Shown: positions 1 to 10,127 of the stretch, piece by piece | Numbering within the stretch: position 1 is the stretch's first letter | Layout: each line of letters begins with the position of its first letter | The notes under the pieces: generated by a model | Told to the model about the DNA's origin: nothing | Seen by the model: the letters and a program-made list of their open reading frames with translations, nothing else | Databases searched by the model: none | Program-made: the position numbers and the translations under genes | DNA from: Myxococcota bacterium | Lineage (GTDB): Bacteria > Myxococcota_A > SURF-8 | Direction: 5' to 3' | DNA length: 64,000 bases | Assembly: GCA_963674735.2 (NCBI GenBank) | Contig: CAXXQS010000001.1 | Coordinates: 2,176,001 to 2,240,000 of the forward strand

Positions 1-1778
1 GCCAGGATGATCTCGCAACCACCGCCCAGCGCCATACCGAACGGAGCCGTGACGACCGGCTTCGGGCTGTAACGCATGCGCTGACCGGCATTATGCAGAC
101 CGTCGACAGCTTCTTCGATCATGTCGAACTGCTTGCCCATAGCGCCCATCATGATCATGGCCAGGTTGGCGCCGACCGAGAAGTTCTCGGCTTCGTTCGT
201 GATAACCAGACCGGCCCAGTCGTCCGAGCTTTCCACCAGGTCGAGACCGTGATGGATCATGCGGATGATGTCTTCGCCGATAGCGTTCATTTTGCAATGG
301 AATTCGACACAGGCCACGCCGTCGCCGAGGTCCAGCAGGCTGGCGTCGGCCAGCTTTTTGAGCGGCTGCTTGTGGGTCTTCAACAGACCGAGGTTGATCC
401 ACTGCTCTTTCGTGGGAACCGGCTGATACGAAGCGGTTTTGATGTCCCAGAAATATTTCTTACCTTCGCGCACCATGTACCACGAGCCTTCGCTCTTCTC
501 CACCATGGTTTTCACGGCTTCGGGGAGCACCAGTCCGTCGGCTTCCATGCGTGCCACAGACTCTTTGACGCCCACGGCATCCCAGGTCTCGAAGGGACCG
601 AGTTCCCAGGCATAGCCCCATTTCATGGCATTATCGATGTTGACGATGTCGTCGCAGATCTCGCCAACGCGAGTCGCGGCATACACCCAGCCACGGGACA
701 GCAGCTTCCAGGCGAACTTGCCGAATTTGTCGTCGCTGTTCACCAAACCCTTGATACGGGCGGCCGGATCGTCTTCGTTCTTGGCTTTTTTCAGGCTGTC
801 GGCCTTGATTTTGACGGTCTCGACGTATTCTTTGGTTTTCCAATCGAGAACCAGCTTTTTCTTGCCTTCTTTTTTGTAATAACCGGCTTTGGTTTTGTTA
901 CCGAAGCACTTGTTGTCGACCAGATGCTGCAAGAAATCCGGCACCTTCAGCAATTCGCGCGCTTCATCGTTCGGCAGCGCTTCGTAGCTGTTGGTGATGA
1001 TGTGATGCACGGTGTCGAGGCCGACCAGATCGGCGGTCTTGTAGCTCGACATTTTCTGAGCCATGCATTTACCGGTAACGGCATCCACTTCCTGGATGCT
1101 CATGTCGTCTTCGACCATGGCCTGGACGGTCGCCATCATGGCGCCCACACCGATGCGGTTACCCACGAAGTTGGGGGTATCCTTGCCGTAGACAATGCCC
1201 TTGCCCAGGTTAGTTTCACCGAATTCGGCGATCGTCTGGACCACGTCGGGGTCGGTTTTTTCGCCAGCCACCACTTCCAACAGGCGCATGTAACGCACCG
1301 GGTTGAAGAAATGCATGACTAGGAAATTCTTCTGGAAGTCTTCCGAGTAGCCTTCCACCATCGAGTTGATGGCGATACCGGACGTGTTGGACGCCACGAT
1401 AGTACCCGGCTTGATCACTTTGACCAGTTTGTCGAACAAGTTGCGTTTGATGTCGAGCTGCTCGAGCACGACTTCGATAACCAGATCGCAATCAGCGACC
1501 AGCTCGAGGTCATCTTCGAGATTGCCCGTAGTGATCAGATTCGCCGTCCGTTTGTTCATGAACGGTTGGATCTGACCTTTCTGTTTGACCATACGCATAA
1601 CGGCACCGGCCGCAAAGCTATTACGCTTGGCCTTCACCTTTTTCTCGTCGTCGGTCAAGTTTGGCGGAACGATGTCAAGCAGAACGCTCGGAACACCGGC
1701 GCTAGCCAAGTGTGCCGCGATCCCACTTCCCATCACGCCGGCTCCAATAACAGCTACCTTTTTGATCTCACGTGTCAT
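1..1778 (-). CDS. fadN: 3-hydroxyacyl-CoA dehydrogenase/enoyl-CoA hydratase family protein (FadN-like), truncated at the window edge
   Basis: Manual minus-strand translation from the ATG at 1778 gives MTREIKKVAVIGAGVMGSGIAAH (Rossmann GxGxxG), then SNTSGI, HFFNPVRYM and KDTPNFVGNRIG motifs. GGAGG RBS upstream. Absent from the ORF track because it runs off the left end. Confidence 0.9.
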   Translation of the reverse strand, partial: MTREIKKVAVIGAGVMGSGIAAHLASAGVPSVLLDIVPPNLTDDEKKVKAKRNSFAAGAVMRMVKQKGQIQPFMNKRTANLITTGNLEDDLELVADCDLVIEVVLEQLDIKRNLFDKLVKVIKPGTIVASNTSGIAINSMVEGYSEDFQKNFLVMHFFNPVRYMRLLEVVAGEKTDPDVVQTIAEFGETNLGKGIVYGKDTPNFVGNRIGVGAMMATVQAMVEDDMSIQEVDAVTGKCMAQKMSSYKTADLVGLDTVHHIITNSYEALPNDEARELLKVPDFLQHLVDNKCFGNKTKAGYYKKEGKKKLVLDWKTKEYVETVKIKADSLKKAKNEDDPAARIKGLVNSDDKFGKFAWKLLSRGWVYAATRVGEICDDIVNIDNAMKWGYAWELGPFETWDAVGVKESVARMEADGLVLPEAVKTMVEKSEGSWYMVREGKKYFWDIKTASYQPVPTKEQWINLGLLKTHKQPLKKLADASLLDLGDGVACVEFHCKMNAIGEDIIRMIHHGLDLVESSDDWAGLVITNEAENFSVGANLAMIMMGAMGKQFDMIEEAVDGLHNAGQRMRYSPKPVVTAPFGMALGGGCEIIL

Positions 1779-1880
1779 GTGCACCTCCGAGGATAGTTTG
1801 GATCCGATATATCCAATTCGACGGGTTGGGTAGTCATGAAAAGTCGCCTACAATCATGCATATTCAGCCACTTACCAAAG

Positions 1881-1898
1881 TGAATGATGGTTCATTCA
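1881..1898. promoter_or_regulatory. Palindromic operator TGAATGA-TGGT-TCATTCA (TetR-family FadR/YsiA-like box)
   Basis: Perfect 7-4-7 inverted repeat matching the Bacillus FadR consensus, located at the predicted fadN transcription start. Confidence 0.7.
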
Positions 1899-1905
1899 AG
1901 CGCCC

Positions 1906-1933
1906 ATCATACCCCCTTTTGTTTGGCTGTCAA
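1906..1933 (-). promoter_or_regulatory. sigma70-type promoter of fadN
   Basis: Minus strand reads TTGACA-N16-TATGAT. Confidence 0.65.
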
Positions 1934-2040
1934 GTTCAAAAACTCGGAATCGTGCAGTCTGTCAATTCAGACCGACTTCTACCCATCCTTTGACACCTGA
2001 CGATAACCTCCGCAACAAGCTTGAAAAGGCCATGTGATTC

Positions 2041-2084
2041 TTGACGCTTTTCCATGTGCGTGTTATAAACGATAGCGCATCGTT
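2041..2084 (+). promoter_or_regulatory. sigma70-type promoter of the lipoprotein/DUF1302 operon with overlapping palindrome
   Basis: TTGACG-N17-TATAAA with extended TG; AACGAT-N5-ATCGTT palindrome at 2068-2084. Confidence 0.6.
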
Positions 2085-2287
2085 AAATGAGTCGAAAATG
2101 CATAAGTTGTACTGGTGGCGATCATCCATCCGTGGATAAATGCCGGGTTATCCGTCACATGGTGAATCGATCAACCACTTGACGGCTGGAACGAAGGTAA
2201 TTCGTTCCGCTGTAGGGCCGTAATGGTATGGAACGAAGGGCAACGTTATACCCTGTTTATCTCTCTTCAACAAAAACAAGGAGCACG

Positions 2288-3058
2288 ATGATGAAAACCA
2301 AACTGTTTATGCTGTTGGCCATCTTGGCTACTCTCTGTCTGATGGTCGCCTGTGGGGGAGACGACGAAGAAGAAGGCGAAGGCACGCCGGGAACGTTTAA
2401 AGGCCATGTCGTTGATTTTGCTGGAGATACGCGCCTTCCCGATGTAAAGATCTGGGTACTCGACAACACGACCGGTGAAAAACTGGATGGCGTCGATCCG
2501 CAGATCTCGGATGCCAACGGCGAAGTGACCTTCACCGGCATTCCCGAAGAACTCGAACTGTTGGGCTTTCTATGCGAAGGTTTCGGCGACGAAACCGCCG
2601 GTGCGGTGGACACGTACCAGTTCAACCTGGTCGCCAATGCCACCAACGAAAAACTCTGGTCCGTCGACCGCGTCACCTACAGCACGGCTCCTCTGGCGGC
2701 CGGTGTTACCTTGGATGAATCACTGGGCGTCGTGGCTGGTGCCGTCTACTGGGTCAACGCCGACGAAGAAGAAGAAATCGTCGGTTGCTCCACCGTCACC
2801 GTCGACCCCAGCAGCGATGACGTTCGTTACTTCAACAACAGCCGTCTGCCGGTCAACACCTCCGCCCGCGACTCGGTCAACCCCACCAACGGCTATTATC
2901 TGATCGCCAACATGGAAATCGGGTCCACCACGACCACCGCTTGGGTCGATGGCGAAGCGCTGGGTACCACCACCTTCGTTTCCGTCCCCAACTCGATCTG
3001 CATCAGCAATATCTACGCCGAAGGCGATGCAAACCCGAGCCCGGCTGACTGCGAATAA
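2288..3058 (+). CDS. Lipoprotein with carboxypeptidase-regulatory/Ig-like beta-sandwich domains
   Basis: AGGAG RBS, then MMKTK; signal peptide with lipobox MVAC; acidic linker; G-H-V-V-D...SDANGEVTF transthyretin-like pattern. Confidence 0.7.
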   Translation: MMKTKLFMLLAILATLCLMVACGGDDEEEGEGTPGTFKGHVVDFAGDTRLPDVKIWVLDNTTGEKLDGVDPQISDANGEVTFTGIPEELELLGFLCEGFGDETAGAVDTYQFNLVANATNEKLWSVDRVTYSTAPLAAGVTLDESLGVVAGAVYWVNADEEEEIVGCSTVTVDPSSDDVRYFNNSRLPVNTSARDSVNPTNGYYLIANMEIGSTTTTAWVDGEALGTTTFVSVPNSICISNIYAEGDANPSPADCE

Positions 3059-3067
3059 TTCTCAATT

Positions 3068-3100
3068 AAGGCCGCAAGGTTAATCCTTGCGGCCTTTTTT
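3068..3100 (+). terminator. Intrinsic terminator/stabilising hairpin inside the operon
   Basis: AAGGCCGCAAGG-ttaat-CCTTGCGGCCTT followed by a T run. Confidence 0.75.
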
Positions 3101-3116
3101 CAAACAGGAGGCGAGT

Positions 3117-4760
3117 GTGGGAAGGTACAAGTTTGGATCGGTTATTCTGGTCGGACTGATGCTTCTGCTGTGCACATCCACGGTAACCGCCCAGGAGAAG
3201 GAATTCGAAGTCCAAGGCTACATCCAGATGCAGGGCGGCGTATTCGTCCCTCTGACCTCACAATTGTTCAAGGACTACGATAACAAAGCCTACATCAAGG
3301 TCGGCGACAACGTCGATGAAAACCGGCCCTGCGATCCGGTAAACGACACGAGCACCTGTCACCCGACCGACCACGGCGCCAAAGCCGGCAAACCCTCCAT
3401 GCTGCGCGGACAAATCCAGCTAATGGCGGAATGGCGGCCTGAAGAGAAAATCGTGGTGCACGCAACGGTACGCCTGGTCGGGTCGCTCAAATTGGAACTC
3501 GACCGCTACGGCCAGCCGCCGTCGTTCAAAGACAGCATGGACAAGCGCGAATATGCAATGGAATACGCATGGAAGGAATTCTACAACGAAGCCGACCTGC
3601 GCGAGTTGTACGTCGACATCGAAACCACCGACTGGCTCTCCTTCCGCTTGGGTCGCCAGCAGGTCGTGTGGGGTGACATCAATTCCTACCGCTTGCTCGA
3701 TGTCGTCAATCCCGTCGATAACACATGGCATTTCGGTCCGTTGGAATCATTCGAAGACACGCGTGTTCCTCTGTGGTCCGCCAAGGCCATGTTCGAGATG
3801 AAAGACATCGACCATTTCGTCGAGTTTCTCTGGGTACCGATGATCGACCGCAAGGCCGACACAGTAAACATTCCGTTGACGTTCGTGGGAGCTTGGGGCC
3901 TACCGTATTCCAACACGCCCTCGCCTTATATCATCGACAAGAAAACCTTCGAGTACCCGGGCGGCGAGTTCGACGACATGCGGGGTGGACTGCGTTGGCG
4001 TGGCAACATCACCAGTATGATGAGCTACTCGCTCATGTATTACTACACGCACATCTATTCACCGCCGATCCCGCTCTACTACGATCTGAAACCCGATGAC
4101 GAGGGTTTCCTCGATCCGAACCACATGAAAGAGCTGTTCCTCGGCTTCCCGCGCCAGCACATCGCCGGCGCTTCCTTCGACTATACTTTCGATGCGCCGG
4201 TGTCCATGGTGGCCAAGATCGAGGCGTCGGTCGAGCCGCTCAGACGCTATCCGCGCCAGTCCAAAACGACCAAGCGCGTGCTCGATACCGAGTATGGCAG
4301 CGGAAAAGAACGCATCTACTTCGAGAAAGCCGAAAAGAACACCTTCAATTATGCCGTACAATTGATGCGACCGGCCATGATTCGCTGGCTCAACCCCACC
4401 CAGAATATCCTGATGCTGCTGCAATTCCAGCACACGATGATCCCGGGGTTGTCCGAATTCGACAAGGCCGACCTGGTGTACGTCCCCGGTTACAACGACT
4501 ACAAAATCGAAGCGCACCAGTTCCGCCTGGTTTACGTGATGGGTACCTCCTACCTGCACGGCATGATCGCTCCTCGCATGGTGGTGGCGTATTTCTATCC
4601 CCGAGACGCCTTCATCGCCGGGCAAGTCGACCTTCGTCTCGGACGTCACTGGCGTCTGCGCTTCCAGGTCACCGACTTTTTCGGCAACGACCCGTACAAG
4701 TCTCTTGGATTCTTCCGTGATCGAGATGAAATCAACATGCGCATTCGCTATCAGTTCTAA
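3117..4760 (+). CDS. DUF1302-like outer-membrane beta-barrel protein
   Basis: AGGAGG then GTG start; signal peptide; LRELYVD...RLGRQQVVWG...LLDVVNPVD motif; C-terminal RYQF BAM signal; upstream of DUF1329. Confidence 0.8.
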   Translation: MGRYKFGSVILVGLMLLLCTSTVTAQEKEFEVQGYIQMQGGVFVPLTSQLFKDYDNKAYIKVGDNVDENRPCDPVNDTSTCHPTDHGAKAGKPSMLRGQIQLMAEWRPEEKIVVHATVRLVGSLKLELDRYGQPPSFKDSMDKREYAMEYAWKEFYNEADLRELYVDIETTDWLSFRLGRQQVVWGDINSYRLLDVVNPVDNTWHFGPLESFEDTRVPLWSAKAMFEMKDIDHFVEFLWVPMIDRKADTVNIPLTFVGAWGLPYSNTPSPYIIDKKTFEYPGGEFDDMRGGLRWRGNITSMMSYSLMYYYTHIYSPPIPLYYDLKPDDEGFLDPNHMKELFLGFPRQHIAGASFDYTFDAPVSMVAKIEASVEPLRRYPRQSKTTKRVLDTEYGSGKERIYFEKAEKNTFNYAVQLMRPAMIRWLNPTQNILMLLQFQHTMIPGLSEFDKADLVYVPGYNDYKIEAHQFRLVYVMGTSYLHGMIAPRMVVAYFYPRDAFIAGQVDLRLGRHWRLRFQVTDFFGNDPYKSLGFFRDRDEINMRIRYQF

Positions 4761-4790
4761 CGGACCACGCAACAAGAAAGGGATTCAAAC

Positions 4791-6104
4791 ATGAAACACA
4801 TCAGCACCGCACCGCAAGCGCGCCTCGTGGCCTTGCTGGCATTGTTGGCGTTGTTGATCATGGCGCTGCCGGCACAAGCCCAGGAAGGCTGGAAACCCGG
4901 CGTCAAGCTCACCGCCGATAACTGGGGCAAGATGGTCGGCTTCGCTCCCGATCTCAACAAGCCCAACGTTAAAAAAGGCAAAACCGTCAAGGCGTCGAAC
5001 TTCGACCAATACAAAGACCTTCTCCCCGCCAGTTTCGAAACACTGGTGAAGAAGTACAAAATGAAGATGAAACTGCGCGACTACGAGCCGGTTCATCCGT
5101 CGCTGGGCTACATCGAAGCCACCAACCTTTACGGCGGAAAAGCCAAGCTGATCGAGAACGGCAACGACGTCCGCAAGATCGGTATCAAGGACTACGTGGC
5201 GGGTCTGCCCTTCCCGAATCCGAAAAACGGCGTGGAAGTGGCTTGGAACTACCAGTATTCCTACAACGGCGACGACGGCGACCTGTATTACGCCGTTTAC
5301 TGGATCAACGCCAACAAGGGCGTCGAACACTTCGAGGAATGGCGCTGGTATTTCATTATCCGCACCCTGCACCGCACCGACCTCGAACCCAAACCGGCCA
5401 TTCCGAAATTCAAAGAAAGCGGCCTGCAGTACACCTCCATCACCTATGCCTTGTCCCCTTACGACAAACGCGGATTCGGTGCGCTCTACAGCCGTTCCCT
5501 GGAACCGCTCGATCAGCAGGGCCACATCTATGTGCCCTCGATGAAACGCGTGCTGCGCAACTCTTTCGGCACCCGCGGCGACACCTGGAACTCCACCGAT
5601 CTGCTCTATGAAGACGTGCGCGGATTCATGGGCTACCCGGAATGGATGAACTGGAAGCTGGTCAAGAAAACCACGATGTTGATGCCCATGCATGCCGGGG
5701 TCCAAGTCGGAAAAGAAAACGCCAAAAAAACCTTCGACATGGATAACTACCCGCATTGGAATCCCAAGTTCGAATGGGAACTTCGCCCGATTTACGTGAT
5801 CGAAGTCACCCCGAAACTGCCGGATTACCCCTACAAATCCATGAACATCTACATCGACGCCGAAACCTACCTGATTTCCTACAAGGAAGCCTTCGATAAA
5901 AAAGGCGACCTCTGGAAAGTCAACCTGATTGCCTACAACGAATCGCCCGACATGGACGAAGAACCCCCGGGTTACGCCGCTCAGCTCGTGATCGATCTGC
6001 AATCGGAACACGCCACCGCGTTCCCGATCTATGAGGCGAAGGTCAATCAGAACCTGAACCCCAACGAGTTTACCGAAAGCAACCTGAGAAAGAGGGGCCG
6101 ATGA
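4791..6104 (+). CDS. DUF1329 family periplasmic protein (LolA-like fold)
   Basis: Signal peptide; GLPFPNPKNGVEVAWN, YVPSMKRVLR and DKKGDLWK motifs. Confidence 0.85.
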   Translation: MKHISTAPQARLVALLALLALLIMALPAQAQEGWKPGVKLTADNWGKMVGFAPDLNKPNVKKGKTVKASNFDQYKDLLPASFETLVKKYKMKMKLRDYEPVHPSLGYIEATNLYGGKAKLIENGNDVRKIGIKDYVAGLPFPNPKNGVEVAWNYQYSYNGDDGDLYYAVYWINANKGVEHFEEWRWYFIIRTLHRTDLEPKPAIPKFKESGLQYTSITYALSPYDKRGFGALYSRSLEPLDQQGHIYVPSMKRVLRNSFGTRGDTWNSTDLLYEDVRGFMGYPEWMNWKLVKKTTMLMPMHAGVQVGKENAKKTFDMDNYPHWNPKFEWELRPIYVIEVTPKLPDYPYKSMNIYIDAETYLISYKEAFDKKGDLWKVNLIAYNESPDMDEEPPGYAAQLVIDLQSEHATAFPIYEAKVNQNLNPNEFTESNLRKRGR

Positions 6105-7090
6105 GCAGAATCCTAAGCGGGGGACCGGCGCTGTGGTTGGCGCTGTACGTGGCGCTGGTCCTGTCGCCGGTTCTTGCCGACGCATCCGATTACACCGAAA
6201 CAGCCAACCATCGCGACCGGTTTTTCGATCTGACCCAATGGCAGGACCAGCTCTGGCTGGTCGGCCATCCCGGTTTCGTCCTGCGCTCCACCGATCAGGG
6301 TCAAACTTGGTCGATGGCGACGGCGAGCAAGCTGGATGCCTATTACTCTTTGAGTGCGTTCGATGAAAAAGTCGCACTCATGAGCGGACTCAACGGAAAA
6401 CTCTACCGAACCGAGGACGGCGGCAAAAACTGGGAGACGATCGACCTCAAACAACCCAACCCGATGTTCAACGTGTTCGCGCTCCCCGGAACTCCGCATG
6501 CCTGGGCGGTGGGACATTTCAACACGCTCTTTCACAGCGCCGACCAGGGAAAGACCTGGTCGCGCCAGCAGTATGAAATTCCCGAAGAAATGGAAGACGA
6601 GCCCGGCTTGAACGATGTCTTCTTCGTCACGGCGCTTCACGGCTGGATCGTGGGCGAATTCGGCACCATCCTCGTCACCGAAGACGGCGGGAACACCTGG
6701 GCGGCTCAGACTTCGCCGGTGGAGACACCGCTTTACGCCGTCCAATTCCTGGATGCCAAGCGCGGCGCGGCAGTCGGCTCCCAGGGGAAAATCGTCGTCA
6801 CGGAAGATGGCGGCGAAAACTGGAAACTCGTTCCCTACGAGGTGAAGCAACACCTGTTTGAGTTGTCCCTCGTCGGCGAAACGCTTTTTGCGGTCGGTCA
6901 GGACGGCTTTTTCGTAAGCGGCCCTCTTTTCGGGTCGGAAGGTTGGCGCTCCGAGCGCACGGGAGTCTTTACCTGGCTCAACGCCGTATTGTTTCTTGAT
7001 GCCAAAACCGGCCTGGTGGCCGGAGGACGCGGGTCTATTTTGAAGACCACCGACGGCGGCCGAACCTGGAACAAGATTTCGGGTAAATAA
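6101..7090 (+). CDS. YCF48-like BNR/Asp-box beta-propeller protein
   Basis: Repeated S/T-x-D-G-G-x-T/N-W Asp boxes; ATGA overlap with the upstream gene. Confidence 0.85.
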   Translation: MSRILSGGPALWLALYVALVLSPVLADASDYTETANHRDRFFDLTQWQDQLWLVGHPGFVLRSTDQGQTWSMATASKLDAYYSLSAFDEKVALMSGLNGKLYRTEDGGKNWETIDLKQPNPMFNVFALPGTPHAWAVGHFNTLFHSADQGKTWSRQQYEIPEEMEDEPGLNDVFFVTALHGWIVGEFGTILVTEDGGNTWAAQTSPVETPLYAVQFLDAKRGAAVGSQGKIVVTEDGGENWKLVPYEVKQHLFELSLVGETLFAVGQDGFFVSGPLFGSEGWRSERTGVFTWLNAVLFLDAKTGLVAGGRGSILKTTDGGRTWNKISGK

Positions 7091-7120
7091 TTAACAACTC
7101 AACAACGCAAGGATACGACC

Positions 7121-9430
7121 GTGTACGAGCGAATCGGACGCTTCATATTAAGGTATCGTCTGCCGATTCTTGTCCTGATCCTGTTGATCACAGGCTTTTT
7201 CTTCTGGCAGGCGACGAAAGTAAAGATTGCAAGTCCAACCATCGACCTTTTCCCGGCCAGTCACCCCTACGTCGAAACCTTCGTCAAATACAAAGATGTG
7301 TTCGGCGGCGCTTCGACGGTTTTGATTGCGCTGGAACGCAAAGAGGGCGACATCTTCAACACCGAGACGCTCGAAAAAGTCAAGAGCATCTCGAAAGGCC
7401 TGGAGTTGCTGCCCGGCATCAATAATTACCAGGTGCTTTCGCTGTCACAGCGAAAAGTCAAGGAATTGCGCGTCGACCCGGAGAAGGGCTTCGTGTCCAT
7501 CCCGTTGATGTGGCCCGATGTGCCGCGAGACAAAGCGGGCATTGAGGCGCTGAAGGAGTCGGTGTATACCTCGCCGCGCTATTTCGGCAGTCTGGTATCG
7601 CGCGACAGCAAAGCCGCGCTGATTCTGGCCGGGTTCTTCGAGGGCAAATCCACCCCGGATGAGATTTACAAAGGAATCGAGGAACTCGTCGATAAGGAAC
7701 GCGACGACAACACCGATATCTTCGTGATCGGACGCCCGGTTATGCTGGGCTGGATCCTCACGCAGTATCCGCAGATCACCAAGATTTTCGTCGTTTCCGT
7801 TTTGGCCATTCTGCTGGTGCTGGTGCTCTACTTCCGCGACCTGCGCGGAACTCTGCTGCCGCTCTCCACGGCCACCCTGTCGGCCATCTGGGGCGTCGGC
7901 TTCCTTGGACTATTGGGGTACAACTTCGACCCGCTGGTGATTGTCGTCCCCTTCATCATATCGGAACGTGCGTTAAGCCATTCGGTGCAAGTAGTTGAAC
8001 GCTTCCTGGATGAATTCGAAGATTCCAAGGAGCGTAGCATTGCTTCCGTCAACACCTTCAAAGGGCTTTTCGCACCGGGCATGATCGCCATCGTCACCGA
8101 CGCGCTGGGCGTGTTCCTGGTGTTCACCACCCCGATTCCGCTCCTGCAGAAACTGGCGGTGATGGGTGGCTTCTGGGTTTTATCGATCGTCGTTTCGGAT
8201 CTGATCTTCAATCCCATCCTGCTGTCTTACCTGCCGGCTCCGCGTTGGGGACAGAAACAACGCAAGGGTATCCTTTACCGACTCCTGCTCAACGTCTCCC
8301 TCCTCGCGCGCGGTAACCGCCGTTATGCGGTTCTCGGAGTGACGGTCATTGCGTTGGTCATCGGAGGGTTCTTCGCCAAAAACATCCAGATCGGGGACGT
8401 GTATCCCGGTACGCCGATGCTATGGCAGGACTCCCGCTACAACACGGATACCGACCGCATCGGCCAGCGTTTCGGCAATACCGATCTGCTGTCGGTGGTC
8501 GTGGAAGGAAAAGACCGCAACTCCATCAAGGATCCGGAAGTCCTGCGCACCATGCAGGCCTTCCAACGCCATATGGAAAGCCTCCCGGAGGTGGCCAGTT
8601 CGAGTTCCATCGCCGACTATCTGCCGGGCATCATTTCGATTCTGCACGGCTCCGATCCCAAGTGGGAGCTGATCCCCGACAACCCCATGGAGTCGGGCTT
8701 CTTCCTCGAAATGATTTACACCAACTCCGAGCCGGGCGACCTGGTGCGCTTTGTCACCATCGACAGCCAGAACGCCAACATCACCCTGTTCCTGAAGGAT
8801 CACAAAGGCGACACCTTGCGTCACGTGGTCGCGACGGCGAAAGACTTCATTGCCAAGCACCCCATGGAAAAAGCCAACCTGCGTTTGGCGGGTAGTTACG
8901 GAGGTTTGTTGGCGGCCATCAACGAGGTGGTTACCGTCTACCAGGCGCGCATCACGATCATGGCCTTCGCCATCGTGTTCCTGGTCACGGCCATCAGCTT
9001 CCGTTCGCTGTTCGCCGGGATCATGTTCGTACTGCCGCTTGTGATCTCCAATTATCTCACCTACGCGCTGATGGGCTATCGCGGCATCGGATTGGATGTC
9101 AACGCCTTGCCGGTTGTGGCGCTGGGAGTCGGATTAGGAGTCGATTACGGGCTATACGTGGTCCAGCGCATCAAGGAGGAATATGCGCGGCTCAAGGATC
9201 TCGACCAGGCGATCATGCGCGGCGTCACCACGGCCGGAAAGGCGGTGGCCTTCACCGCTGGGACCATGATGGCGGGTGTGGCCTTCTGGACCACCAGTTT
9301 CCTGCGTTTCCAGGCCGATATGGGCCTTCTACTGGTCTTCTGGATGGTGGTTTCGATGCTGGGCGGCTTGATCCTGCTGCCGACGTTGATTTCGCTGTTC
9401 AAACCGCGCTTCGTCGTGGGTAAAGGCTAA
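7121..9430 (+). CDS. RND superfamily / MMPL family transporter
   Basis: 769 aa; two-fold repeat of 1+5 TM helices with periplasmic loops; GLGVDYG motif. Confidence 0.9.
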   Translation: MYERIGRFILRYRLPILVLILLITGFFFWQATKVKIASPTIDLFPASHPYVETFVKYKDVFGGASTVLIALERKEGDIFNTETLEKVKSISKGLELLPGINNYQVLSLSQRKVKELRVDPEKGFVSIPLMWPDVPRDKAGIEALKESVYTSPRYFGSLVSRDSKAALILAGFFEGKSTPDEIYKGIEELVDKERDDNTDIFVIGRPVMLGWILTQYPQITKIFVVSVLAILLVLVLYFRDLRGTLLPLSTATLSAIWGVGFLGLLGYNFDPLVIVVPFIISERALSHSVQVVERFLDEFEDSKERSIASVNTFKGLFAPGMIAIVTDALGVFLVFTTPIPLLQKLAVMGGFWVLSIVVSDLIFNPILLSYLPAPRWGQKQRKGILYRLLLNVSLLARGNRRYAVLGVTVIALVIGGFFAKNIQIGDVYPGTPMLWQDSRYNTDTDRIGQRFGNTDLLSVVVEGKDRNSIKDPEVLRTMQAFQRHMESLPEVASSSSIADYLPGIISILHGSDPKWELIPDNPMESGFFLEMIYTNSEPGDLVRFVTIDSQNANITLFLKDHKGDTLRHVVATAKDFIAKHPMEKANLRLAGSYGGLLAAINEVVTVYQARITIMAFAIVFLVTAISFRSLFAGIMFVLPLVISNYLTYALMGYRGIGLDVNALPVVALGVGLGVDYGLYVVQRIKEEYARLKDLDQAIMRGVTTAGKAVAFTAGTMMAGVAFWTTSFLRFQADMGLLLVFWMVVSMLGGLILLPTLISLFKPRFVVGKG

Positions 9431-9456
9431 ACCCAGCCTGTTTCGCCAATCTACGT

Positions 9457-9485
9457 TCCCCCGCTTCGGCGGGGGATTTTTTTTT
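9457..9485 (+). terminator. Intrinsic terminator
   Basis: TCCCCCGC-TTCG-GCGGGGGA followed by T9. Confidence 0.9.
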
Positions 9486-9695
9486 GAACGGCACGATTCC
9501 TTCCGCGTATATCGATCTGCCATGGCCTTTTTCCCATGACATGTTTGTAAAATCACCAAACGACCAAGTCAGGTTCGATCGGCAGCACGGCATCAACCCA
9601 TACACGGCATTATAACGTCTCAGACAAAAACGCTTCGAGGGCAGACCTCAATTAAATGAGTCATCACGGAACCCGAGTTTTTGGGAACATCGCCT

Positions 9696-9986
9696 TTATT
9701 GGCAAGTCCGATCATTGGACGGGTCGTCTGGAGCGGGGACCAACTGAATTAATTCATCGGAAGTTTCGAGTTCTTGCAGCGCTTCGATGGCCCGCCGATA
9801 CACACCATCCGGCAAAACATCGCAGGTCTGGGTTTGAAATGCTTCGGCAAAAGGTTTGAGGGCCGTTTTGAGGCGACGATAATCGCGTTGCAGCGTTTTA
9901 ACTTCGTCCAGAGCAGCCTGTACCTCCGTCTGACCGACGACACCGGCCCAAAAATGCAAGCGTTTCAACGTTTTTTCATCGATCAC
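9696..9986 (-). CDS. Small hypothetical coiled-coil protein
   Basis: GTG at 9986 preceded by AGGAGG; amphipathic helical sequence; no family recognised. Confidence 0.5.
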   Translation of the reverse strand: MIDEKTLKRLHFWAGVVGQTEVQAALDEVKTLQRDYRRLKTALKPFAEAFQTQTCDVLPDGVYRRAIEALQELETSDELIQLVPAPDDPSNDRTCQ

Positions 9987-10127
9987 AACGCCCTCCTTTT
10001 CACAGCCAGACATACTTACTGCCGTTCTTTATTTAGAGGGTGTACCGCCGTGTTTTTTTCCCCTTTAAACGAAAAAAGCGGGAACCTTGTCGGGTCTCCC
10101 GCTTCAACATCGATTTAAATCGATCAT

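Noticed and set aside
93-1322. 409-aa plus-strand ORF
   Set aside because: Antisense shadow of fadN; no motifs of its own; expected from GC-rich codon bias.
4785-6377. 530-aa minus-strand ORF
   Set aside because: Antisense shadow of the DUF1329/YCF48 genes.
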